From: Haliotis cracherodii
Lineage: Eukaryota
NCBI RefSeq assembly: GCF_022045235.1
Contig: NW_027266264.1
Span: forward strand, 80,786,001 to 80,850,000
DNA: 64,000 nucleotides
Reading direction: 5' to 3'
A program made the position numbers and the translations under genes. The notes beneath the pieces are model-generated. The model was not told the DNA's origin and did not search any database. It saw only the letters and a program-made list of their open reading frames with translations. Below, one piece after another: positions 25,510 through 37,600 of the stretch; the stretch's first letter is position 1, and each line of letters starts with the position of its first letter.

Positions 25510-27500
25510 TCAGACAAATCTTTTGCTCATAGAGAAGTAATGATATACAGTGTCAACGATATTCAGCAGTATTTCTTTATCTAGGCTGACGGTACCAAAC
25601 AGGACGGTTCTGAGGTTATATCCATGAACACAATGATAGCTTTCGGATCTAATCTCAGTATAATTTGGGCAAGTTAATAGGCAGTGTAAAGCACTTTCGT
25701 TGAAAAAAACATGAACATTGAGCATTATCGCAAATAAATCTTTCAAAGTTTGTGACCGTTCAGATCACTACATCCTAGTCTTAACTTAAAGTGGATTATC
25801 TGATTTATGCGTGAATCAATATTTTTAAATATCAGGCACTTCTGATTTAATACACTTATACAGTCTTTTAAAGGAGCGGCTTCTCTCAGAGTAGAATCTA
25901 GTACATTCCAGGCGGAGACTGGAAGGTAACAATGATTTGTTAGATAATTCAGTTCGGCAATTAGGCTCATAGTATTTGTTTGTGTTACGTGTTTCATAAT
26001 GTGGGCGATCCAAGGTTGTTACAGGTACCATATCACATAAATAACTTGGCGCTGTCACACCTTTCATTTTATAAAAAATGCATAATTTGTGAAAGCGTCG
26101 TCTTTTAGCCAAGGAGGATAGACCGGTTTCGTTATTTAATTTTGTATGACGTGTGCCCCTCACGGCACCACATATTGTCCTGAGTGCATCTAGATGTAAC
26201 ATTTCTAGGGACAATTCTTGACCCTTGATGCAATTTATTCCATATATGGTCGCAGTAATCAAACAAGGCTAATATGAATGAACAATGGAGCGTATGTTGA
26301 CTGTCTGTTCAAACGATATTTCAGACTACGAAAGCAATTTATCAATGGGCTAACCTTGGCAGTTAGATTTTCAATATGGCTATGCCAATGCCATTCACTT
26401 TGTAAAGTTATGTAGCTATTAACATTCTTTATTTTGACATCTGGGTACATCATTCATAAACAGATCAGGCAGGACAGTGACGTTACGTTTTCTTGAAAAT
26501 TGAATTGCTTCTGCTTGATCGGGATTATATTTTACTTTCCAAGTTTTAGTCCATTGAGAAATACGTTCCAAATCATGATTAATTGAAATACTTGTTGATA
26601 ATGGATCATCAATAATGACATATAGCGAAGTATCGTCAGCAAACAATTTTACATTACATTGGATGTCACAGACGATATCATTAATGAATACTAAAAATAA
26701 TAAGGGTCCTAACACTGAACCTTGAGGAACACCAGCAGGTACAGGTTTAACATTTGTGTCCATTAATAACTGTATGTTGCTTTCTACCAGTTAAGTAACT
26801 TTGGAACCATTTTAAGAGAGTCCCTTTTATCCCACACTTGCTTAATTTATGCAACAATTCTTTGTGCCAAACACGATCGACAGCTTTACTCATGTCACAG
26901 AATATTGCCATTACTTCCCTTCCATCATCTAAGGCCTTGCCTATGAAATCATAAAGATTGGTCAGTTGGTAAGCAGTTGAGTCACGGGCGGTAAACCCTG
27001 ATTGTAAACAAGTTTTAGGACACATTTCTCAAATACTTTCGATAGGCAACTTGTGAGCGCGATCGGTCTGTAGTTGCAACAAGCATGGATGTCATTTTTC
27101 TTATATAAATTGGGGTTACTGACGACTGTTTCCATGGCATAGGAAAGATATGTTGGGACAGGGTTAAATGAAATAACTTTACAAGTGGTTTCGATAAAAC
27201 AATAGCCAAGGTCTTTAATATGCGATTACTTATCATATCAGGACCAGTAGATTTCGATACGTCAATCGACAATAATATATCCTCTTTTTCTTTCTCAGAT
27301 AAACATATTTGCTCTACGAAGTAATCATTAAGAACATTAGCTTTATCAATATCGTCCTCATGTAGAACTTCGTCCTGTTCTTGGAGTCGCCACCAAGTGT
27401 TCTTACCTTGTGTAGTATTTACAATATCGTCAATTTTGGAATTAAATGCAGATTTGCATTTTCGAGTTTCAGAGATGACTAAATTACGCGTTTTTCTCCC
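25510..27500 (-). mobile_element. Decayed CR1-group LINE (reverse transcriptase and C-terminal region), frameshifted
   Basis: KSTGPDMIS, QSGF...DST, D.SKA.DRVWH, GVPQGSVLGPLLFLVFIND, LFADD, and C-terminal H.LL.CP across successive ORFs. Confidence 0.9.
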
Positions 27501-27859
27501 ACTAAATTGCCACCATGAGACAGCTAATCTTTGGTCTGTATAATTTCCTAATGATGACTTGATCTGTTGTTTAAGGTGTTTTTCTTTTTATTGCTAAGTA
27601 CTAATGCAGAAAAAATGTTCATATCACTGCGTTTAGTGTTTTTGCAAACATTTTAAGCTGGTAACTGCATATCCAGGTGAGCTAAGTGCCGTGGCACTAA
27701 TGTATATTAACAATTTCCCGCATAAAGCACAGGACCGACAACCCTACACATAATTAAGTGTGATATGTAGAAAGACAACAGTAGTCCAGTACAAGATACA
27801 AGCGTCTGTACCTGTACTGAGATTGAAGGTTCTTTTACGGAGTTGTATTATGTTAAAGT

Positions 27860-28205
27860 CTATGTGTAAATTATTCGTTTCGGCCATTTATAAAATGCCT
27901 ATATATTTCAATCATTTTACAAATTGTCTGAAAAATCAGTCCATTTATATGGTAGGTTTTAAAAACATCACCATGGACACCATAATGCTGGGATTAGAAG
28001 CCTCAAATAAATAAAAAAATATCCATTGACTTTCGTTTTCTTTCAATCCTAACATTTTCAGTCTCTGGGTGATGAAATTTAAGATCACAAATTCAAATTT
28101 CAATTCGTTATCATATAAAATAAATTGATCTGTTTCTCTATTTGTAAAATAACTGAAATATTTAGGCGTTTTATAAATTGCTGAGTGAATAGTTAAGTAT
28201 TTTAC
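27860..28205. mobile_element. Imperfect fold-back (MITE-like) element
   Basis: 27867-27925 is an approximate inverted copy of 28141-28200. Confidence 0.55.
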
Positions 28206-28339
28206 ACATTGACCGATTTTACACACTGACTGCAACAGAGAGACACATATCTTGAAAATAGATTTAACCGTTTGATGGTATATTGACCATCTCGTGGAAG
28301 GTCGGGCCCATACGTACTAAGTGATGCAAGTTAGGAACA

Positions 28340-29706
28340 AACTCCAGAATGCCCATATGAAGGAAAAACTTCGGGCAGAGTACAAATGTAGACTTAAGAA
28401 AATCTAGAGTTCAGAGCTCAACGCACGCAAATACTTACGCTGTACCCTTTCTTTCAAATTCTCTTGCTGTTGATTGGGCGAAACAAGAAATTCAGGGCAT
28501 TGACACCCTCACACGAAGAATCATGTCAGACAGTAGATCCCACCACCCTCGTTCTTACCTCAATCGCTTATGTTTACCAATATTAATGGGAGGGCGTGGT
28601 TTGATTAACGTGAAGGCTCTTCATGATAGAATTGTATTGTGCACTTTTGCACACATTTATTTGTCTTATGATCCTCTTGTGAAACATGTCAAGACCCATG
28701 ATGAAAACAAGGCATCCCACAGTTTCTTTAAACGAGCCAAAGATGGGGGACATAATCTCACTGTCAATGTTGATTTTGTTGATAGTTCTGTACTGCTGGA
28801 CGGTACAGAAATTAGTGTCAACCAAGCGAAGTGCCATATCAAATGGGCCCAGGGTCAGTTTTTCAACGAGAGGCTATCTGAACGACCACTTCAGCGAGTT
28901 TGTGTGCAGGGTGTTCAGAAGAACAACAAACCAGCAGAGTACTAGTATTTCGTTTGGATGAAGTCGGCTTGCCTGAGCAGTGAAACAGAAGGCGTCCCAC
29001 TCGAAATGTAGATTATGCAATGAATATAACAAGACTGTCCAACACATTGTCAGTGGATGCCCAGCTTTGGCACAACACAGTATCTCATAAGCGACATGAT
29101 GGAGTGGCTCGGTCCTTTTATTACCGTCTTCGCCATCCTTGTGTTTTTGACACAGACGTACATCCATGGAACGACCTAGAATATGTAGAGGGCGTCATGA
29201 AAAATGATAAATAAAAAATGTTTTTGAATAGGCCCGTATACAGACCCAGACCTACCCAGGGCTAAAAAAAAACCCGATCTTGTCCTTTTCGATAAATCCA
29301 ACGAAATCATTTATATTATTGATATTCTGTCCCCTTTGACACAAATGTGAATGACAAGATTCAGGACGAACATGGCAAATATGCGGACCTCGCTTTCGAA
29401 ATGTCACGCTTGAATCCCAAGTTGACTGTCATTGGGAGAGTACCCGGGTTTGCTACCAGGTATATAGCCCTTCTGACAACCGGGGTAATGCCGAAGGCTG
29501 CAGTGTTGGGGAGTCTTCACATTCTCCGAAAAGTTCCAGGTGGGTTTGACGAGGCAGCACTTCCTGGGTGAAGTCCCATTCGCTGCCTGGGCTGCGTGTA
29601 GCGGGTCAAGGGTCCTGAGCTGACGATGAGCTTAACCAGCCTGACTGTGCCAGGATCACCCAAGCCTTCTTAGCTTTTTTTTATTTTAATCTGTACATAA
29701 TAATAA
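28340..29706 (+). mobile_element. Decayed 3' part of an RLE-type non-LTR retrotransposon (R4/Dong-like)
   Basis: RL.LP...GGRGL; CCHC knuckle CRLC...QHIVSGCP; RHDGVA; PD.VL.DK...KY.DL endonuclease motifs; many frameshifts; ends near TAATAATAA. Confidence 0.8.
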
Positions 29707-30889
29707 TCTATATTCTGTTAAAATGTTTATTTTCCAAAACTAAACGAACCGGATTTCCCCGTTCTTTGATGCAAGTGCTCGGATATGAAAGGAAGGAAAT
29801 CCTATAACGTGTCTGTGATGCCGTGAGACTTCAAGTATCGTTGTGCCATGTACTTCCTCACGTTCTGCCTATACAAGGGCATCTCTTTGTCTTTGTGTGC
29901 TGGCGATTTTCATGTCAGACCATTGTTTGTAACCATATGGTGACTTTCTTTTACTTTATAATAGATATGAAAAATAATATTTGTCTTTTATCTGCGCAAT
30001 CGCATTGTTTGCGTATTTTCCACGTATTTTCCACGAGTCGGATATTTTGGGTTGAATCTTAGCTGAAGTGATGAACACACATCACGCAGGGTGAGCTACC
30101 GTACCATCAAATGGCTAGCCTTTCTTAATGAAACAGAGGAACATAAACAGCTTGAGGAGATAACGACACAACTTTGTGGGTCTTTATAGAAGATGCGTCA
30201 CATGCAAATATTTTCTGTAACATTCCGTCCTATTGTAAGGCCTCTCGGGACCAGTGTCACTCCCGCCATGGAGGCAAATATTGTATTTTACAGACAAAGA
30301 GTCATTGAAACCGACGACCGAAATTATATCCGCGGCCATATTTCGCTTACAGTTACTATTAGAATTTATATATTCCATAAGGAAATAATTTTGGTGAACT
30401 ATTTATACGATAAAACACGCCTCCGAGGTTTTGGTTGAAATTGTAAAATAGCGAGCGAGGGAAAAGCTTTTAGCGTGACAATAGCGTGACGTCATCATAA
30501 AGATTTAACTGTTGAATGTTTTACTTTGATCAGTGTCATTAAAGTCGCATGATGCATGATTAAGTCGGAATAATCACTTGAACCTTTTGATCCCGGAAGT
30601 AGAATCAACAGAATCTCATAATTTCTCCATAACGTAACTGGGGTCTTTATGATTTGTGAATGGCATTCATTCATCAAAGACAAGTAATATGTAGCACACA
30701 TTAATTCTTCATCCCAAACCGAGTATTGAATCTATCCATTCAATAGTCTTCATGACAATAGCCCTTGCTCTCACATGCTGTCTTACTGTATGTATATGAC
30801 CTTAAACCCTCCCTAGAATACCCCATGCCTCTCACTGATGCCGTCTTGAACCTGTAAATGGCTATGACCAGAACCATCACACTTTGTGT

Positions 30890-31107
30890 TTCTGATCCCC
30901 GGACTCGTCACTAGAAGATGGTACTTGTTCTTACCCTGTCTGGCGCTCGGCTCCGCATTAAGGGTGTTAAACAAGGACTGGTCGGCTCGGAGTCAGTATA
31001 CTGTGTCTGAGTAGGGTATTCATGTTAAACTGCGGCATGGTATCTCGCTAATATAAGTGCAATAATAATCTTGGACGCGACATTAAACTCCATTTTTACC
31101 TTCACTC
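30890..31107 (+). mobile_element. 5'-truncated SINE family D
   Basis: Matches the split copy at 40222-40474 plus 42209-42308. Confidence 0.75.
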
Positions 31108-31608
31108 GTGTTTCTGCTCGGCAACCTGTTAAGCATGTACTGACCCTACACGCGCTAGCCTCAGACCCAACCAGATACACAAGGAAAGCATCTTACTGGA
31201 CTCTCATATTCTTCAATATTTTTAGATCTTGTGTGTGTACGAATATAAGCGCCTGATATTAGGCTGCACACAAAGAACTAATTGTTGAAACAATTATTTA
31301 AATAAACTCAAAATAAATACCAGAATAAATGTCAACTAATAACTGATCTTTTCAACAGAGGTTGTGACAAGGTATTGACTTACGTATCATCAATGTAGTG
31401 TATCAATGAACGGATCACAGAAACACTAATTATACGATGCCTTTAATAGAGATGCGCCACTCCACCAGAAACACTGCCCTTTTGACCGTCATGCGCATGT
31501 GTGCAACCAATAGCAGTCCATCTGCCCATCCGATTACATACAATAAGAATTACGTCCTTGTGCAAGACAGAGCAATAGCTGACACCAAAGAAAGCTTCAT
31601 CAACCGCG

Positions 31609-34600
31609 ATGCTGTCTCTGCTGGCCTACCCCCTCAGCGTCCTTCTGGTCCTTGTCTCCCGAACCGACACAAGCACGGGTACGTTGATTGGGGGTATAAC
31701 GGTTAATGTCTTGGCATTCGTGCGAGGCATTTTCTTGAATGGTGTTGATTCCTTTATGTATGGGCTTTTGTTTCTAGGGACAGACATACGAGTATCCATA
31801 CGGACGTGACGTTTTTAATCTACGAATGATACCTGCCTAATTGTCATGTTATAAATCAATGTATAGTCGATGCATTTCCATTTGTGCATATTTCACAAAC
31901 AATAATTAGCTATAAACGGCGAACAAGCATGGCTACTGGAAACGACATGGAGTAGTGGGGAAAATCATGGGTATTGGGGACGGTTAGCATGGGGAAGTGG
32001 GGACAAGCATGGGTATTGGGGACGGTTAGCATGGGGAAGTGGGGACAATCATGGGTATTGGGGACGGTTAGCATGGAGTAGTGGGGAAAATCATGGGTAT
32101 TGGGGACGGTTAGCATGGGGAAGTGGGGACAATCATGGATATTGGGGACTGTTAGCTTGGGGTACTGGGGACAATCATGGATATTGGGGACGGTTAGCAT
32201 GGGGAAGTGGGGACAATCATGGATATTGGGGACGGTTAGCATGGGGTACTGGGGACAATCATGGATATTGGGGACGGTTAGCATGGGGAAGTGGGGACAA
32301 TCATGGATATTGGGGACGGTTAGCATGGGGAAGTGGGGACAATCATGGATATTGGGGACGGTTAGCATGGGGTACTGGGGACAATCATGGATATTGGGTA
32401 CGGTTAGCATGAGGTACTGGGGACAAGCATGGGTATTGGGGACGGTTAGCATGGGGGACTGGGGACAATCATGGATATTGGGGACGGTTGGCATGGGGTA
32501 CTGGGGACAAGCATGAGTACTGGGGACGGTTAGCATGAGACATTGGGGACGACAAGCACTAGATACGGGGCATCTTATCCCGAATTAGTGGTATGTTTTA
32601 TTAAGACACATCGAAACAAGAACAGTGAGTGAAGTTTACTATGAGTTTGGGGGTCGATGGGCAGATCCATCAATGGTGTGACGCACTTTACTTTCTTCCT
32701 GTTTGCAACAATTGTTAGTTTAGGCTGAATTTTGAATTCTTGAATAATATCATCGGAATAGGGAAGTTTCAAATGTGCTGTAATACATACAGTAACAAGA
32801 TACTTGACCTGAATTCCGGTTATAAATTGTCACACGTTTACAAATGTAGGGTCTGGTTAACCGCAGTACAGGAAGTTTATAGACTTCTAATCAGGTTGAG
32901 CAGAGGAGAGATATATAATAATAGATGTAGACCTCACTTGCTTTTGTAGATTTCAGTTAAGATATAAAAAGGTTAGCCTCCTAATCACTCGTCTTTCTTG
33001 ACAGATAACATTCTAGAATACACAACTTACGATGACAACATGGTGATTATGTCAGTTGTTCTGTGCAGGTGGCATGGTGGACACACTACTTGGATCCTAC
33101 CAGAAGGAAGTCCATCCCCGAACTGAGGACAACCAGAGTGTGTACGTGACGCTGGATCTGGCGATCAGACAAGTTGTAGATCTGGTAAGCTGACGCCTTC
33201 TTGTGAATGCTTTATGAAGAAACATTATGAAAGTCGGAGCAATGTTTTGTAATGGATCAATGCTGTGCATAGTGTCATCGCAGGGTGGCATGGTGGCAGG
33301 ATAGCGGGATATTTGGCTTGCAGCCTTAGGGCGAAGTTGTGGTAGGGGGGTATTTTAGTGGGGTGGGAGGTCGGCGTGATGATGGGATGGCTGGGTGGCA
33401 GTGTAGTGGGGTGGGAGGTCGACATCATGATGGGGTGGCTGGGTGGCAGTGTAGTTGGGTGGGAGGGTGGCGTGATGATGGGGTGGCTGGGTGGCAATGT
33501 GATGGGGTGGGAGGTCAGCGTGATGATGGAATGGCTGGGTGGCAGTGTAGTGGGGTGGGAGGTCGGCGTTATGATGGGGTGGCTGGGTGGCAGAGTAGTG
33601 GGGTGGGAGGGTGGCGTGATGATGGGGTGGTAGGGGGCAGTGTAGTCGGGTGGGAGGGTGGCGTGGTGATGGGGTGGTAGGGGGGTATTGTAGTGGGGTG
33701 GGAGGGTGGCGTGATGATGGGGTGGTAGGGGGGTATTGTAGTGGGGTGGGAGGGTGGCGTGATGATGGGATGGCTGGGTGGCAGAGTAGTGGGATGGGAG
33801 GGTGGCAGTGTAGTGGGGTGGGAGGGTGGCAGAGTAGTGGGATGGGAGGTCGGCGTGATGATGGGGTGGTAGGGGGGTATTGTAGTGGGGTGGGAGGGTG
33901 GCGTGATGATGGGATGGCTGGGTGGCAGTGTAGTGGGGTGGGAGGGTGGCAGTGTAGTGGGGTGGGAGGGTGGTAGAGTAGTGGGGTGGGAGGTCGGCGT
34001 GATGATGGGGTGGTAGGGGGGTATTGTAGTGGGGTGGGAGGGTGGCGTGATGATGGGGTGGTAGGGGGGTATTGTAGTGGGGTGGGAAGTCGGCGTGATG
34101 ATGGGGTGGCTGGGTGGCAGAGTAGTGGGGTGGGAGGGTGGCGTGATGATGGGATGGGAGGGGGCAGTGTAGTGGGGTGGGAGGTCGGCGTGATGATGGG
34201 GTGGCTGGGTGGCAGTGTAGTGGGGTGGGAGGGTGGCGTGTTGATGGGATGGCTGGGTGGCAGTGTAGTGGGGAGGGAGGTCGGCGTGATGATGGGGTGG
34301 CTGGGCGGCAGTGTAGTCGGGTGGGAGGGTGGCGTGGTGATGGGGTGGTAGGGGGTATTGTAGTGGGGTGGGAGGTCGGCGTGATGATAGGGTGGCTGGG
34401 TGGCAGTGTAGTGGGGTGGGAGGGTGACGTGATGATGGGATGGCTGGGTGGCAGAGTATTGGGGTGGGAGGGTGGCAGTGTAGAGGGGTGGGAGGGTGGC
34501 AGAGTAGTGGGGTGGGAGGTCGGCGTGATGATGGGGTGGTAGGGGGGTATTGTAGTGGGGTGGGAGGGTGGCGTGATGATGGGGTGGTAGTGGGGTATTG

Positions 34601-37600
34601 TAGTGGGGTGGAAGGGTGGCGTGATGATGGGATGGCTGGGTGGCAGTGTAGTGGGATGGGAGGGTGGCAGTGTAGTGGGGTGGGAGGTCGGCGTGATGAT
34701 GGGGTGGTAGGGGGGTATTGTAGTGGGATGGGAGGGTGGCGTGATGATGGGGTGGTAGGGGGGTATTGTAGTGGGGTGGGAGGGTGGCGTGATGATGGGA
34801 TGGCTGGGTGGCAGAGTAGTGGGATGGGAGGGTGGCAGTGTAGTGGGGTGGGAGGGTGGCAGAGTAGTGGGATGGGAGGTCGGCGTGATGATGGGGTGGT
34901 AGGGGGGTATTGTAGTGGGGTGGGAGGGTGGCGTGATGATGGGGTGGTAGGGGGGTATTGTAGTGGGGTGGGAGGGTGGCGTGATGATGGGATGGGAGGG
35001 GGCAGTGTAGTGGGGTGGGAGGGTGGCAGTGTAGTGGGGTGGGAGGGTGGCAGAGTAGTGGGGTGGGAGGTCGGCAGTGTAGTGGGGTGGTAGGGGGGAT
35101 TGTAGTGGGGTGGGAGGGTTGCGTGATGATGGGGTGGTAGGGGGGTATTGTAGTGGGGTGGGAGGGTGGCGTGATGATGGGATGGCTGGGTGGCAGAGTA
35201 GTGGGGTGGGAGGTCGGCGTGATGATGGGGTGGTAGGGGGGATTGTAGTGGGGTGGGAGGGTGGCGTGATGATGGGGTGGTAGGGGGGTATTGTAGTGGG
35301 GTGGGAGGGTGGCGTGATGATGGGATGGCTGGGTGGCAGTGTAGTGGGGTGGGAGGTCGGCGTGATGATGGGTTGGTAGGGGGGCAGTGTAGTGGGGTGG
35401 TAGGGTGGCAGTGTAGTGGGGTGGGAGGGTGGCAGTGTAGTGGGGTGGTAGGGTGGCAGTGTAGTGGGGTGGTATGGATGGGTGGCAGTGTAGTGGGGTG
35501 GGAGGGTGGCAGTGTAGTGGGGTGGTAGGGGGGCAGTGTAGTGTGATGGGATGGATGGGTGGCAGTGTAGTGGGGTGGGAGGGGGGCAGTGTAGTGGGGT
35601 GGTAGGGTGGCAGTGTAGTGGGGTGGGAGGGTGGCAGTGTAGTGGGATGGGAGGGTGGCGTGATGATGGGGTGGTAGGGTGGCAGTGTAGTGGGGTGGTA
35701 GGGTGGCAGTGTAGTGGGGTGGGAGGGTGGCAGTGTAGTGGGGTGGTAGGGTGGCAGTGTAGTGGGGTGGTATGGATGGGTGGCAGTGTAGTGGGGTGGT
35801 AGGGGGGCAGTGTAGTGGGGTGGGAGGGTGGCAGTGTAGTGGGGTGGTATGGATGGGTGGCAGTGTAGTGGGGTGGTAGGGGGGCAGTGTAGTGGGATGG
35901 ATGGGTGGCAGTGTAGTGGGGTGGGAGGGTGGCGTGGTGATGTGGTGGTATCGGGGCAGTGTAGTGGTGTGGGAGGGTGGCGTGGTGATGGGGCATCCTA
36001 GCGAGGGTAGTGGGTGGTTGAGTGGTGGGATGATGATGTTGGTTAATGGCAGAATGGAAGGGATGGTGGGTCGGATGGACAGCAGGGTGGTACAGGGGCG
36101 GGACAATGGGATGGCTTGGGGGCAGAGCAGTGATGGGTGTTCTTTCTTAATTGACCGGTTCCGACCCTTTTCAATACGTATGACGTTGTTTTACAATGAA
36201 CCTAGTGATGTGTCATCTTCTGACGACTCAACTTACTCCTTGTCTACATTTCTAGGCCGAGACAAAGCAGATTCTGACAACCAATCTGTGGATCCGCATG
36301 GTAAGATCTTTATTTTCACGAAAATACAAATATTAAATAAATAATATTGCCCGAGGTTTAACCGAAAAAAATTATCGTTCATCGAACATGTTGATATGGT
36401 TGGAAAAGGTCAGTTGTGTGTCGGAGCACATCGTTGGGGTCCTCCAAAAACACATGTCTTGTGGCAGGGAACTAAAAAGTAACATTCTAACAAGAATATG
36501 AAATGGTTACAATATGATTTATTCTGCAGAATTGGACCGACCACAGACTCACATGGAACCCATCAAGTTTCGATGGAATTGACACCATTTATGTACCTTT
36601 GGACAGTATCTGGACACCCGACGTCACCCTTTACGATGAGTAAGTGTATTGGCTGACTGTTATTAATTATTTAGCCATGAGGACATGAGTTGATCCTAGT
36701 AATTCACAGTAATCACAGGACCAATGCTTGTCGTCCCCTATAGTAGCCCATGCTTGTCGCCCCCTATAGTAGCCTTTGCTTGCCATCCCCTATAGTAGCC
36801 AATGCGTGTCGTCCCCTATAGTAGCCCATGCTTGTCGGCCCTATGGTAGTCCATGCTTGTCGCCCCCATAGTAGCCCATGCATATGGCCCCTTATAGTAG
36901 CCCATGCATATGGCCCCTTATAGTAGCCCATGCTTGTCATCCACTATAGTAGCCGATGCTTGTTGTCCCCCTATAGTAGCCTATGCGTGTTGTCCCCTAT
37001 AGTAACCTATGCTTGTCGCCCCCTATAGCACCCCATGCTTCTCACCCCTATGGTAGCCCATGCTTGTCGCCCCCTACAGTATCCCATGTCTGTCGCCCCC
37101 TATAGTAGCCTATGCTTGTCATCCCTATAGTAGCCCATGCTTGTCGCCCCCTATAGTAGCCCATGCTTGTCGTACCCTATAGTAGCCCATGCTTGTCGCT
37201 CCTATAGTATCCTATGCTTGTCCCCTATAGTAGCCCATGCTTGTCGTCCCCTATGGTATCCTTTGCTTGTCGTCCCCTATAGTAGCCCATGCTTGTCGTC
37301 CCCTATAGTAGCCCATGCTAGTCGTCCCCTGTAGTAGTCCATGATTCTCGCCCCCTATAGTAGCCCATGTTTGTCGTCCCCTATAGTAGCCCATGCTAGT
37401 CGTCCCCTATAGTAGACCATGTTTGTCGTCCCCTATAGTACCCCATGCTTGTCGTCCCCTGTAGTAGCCCATGCTTGTGGTCCCCTATAGTAGCCCATGC
37501 TTGTCACCCCCTATAATAGCCCATGCTTATCGTCCCCTATAGTAGCCCATTCTTGTCGCCGTCTATAGTAGCCCATGCTTGTCGCCCCCTATAGAAGCCC

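Noticed and set aside
31910-32536. 208-aa Cys/His periodic ORF
   Set aside because: Translation of the 42-bp intronic minisatellite
33225-36106. 923-aa and 845-aa Pro/His/Thr-rich ORFs (extensin- or mucin-like)
   Set aside because: Two overlapping frames are open simply because the C-rich strand of an intronic repeat lacks stop codons; antisense within an nAChR intron
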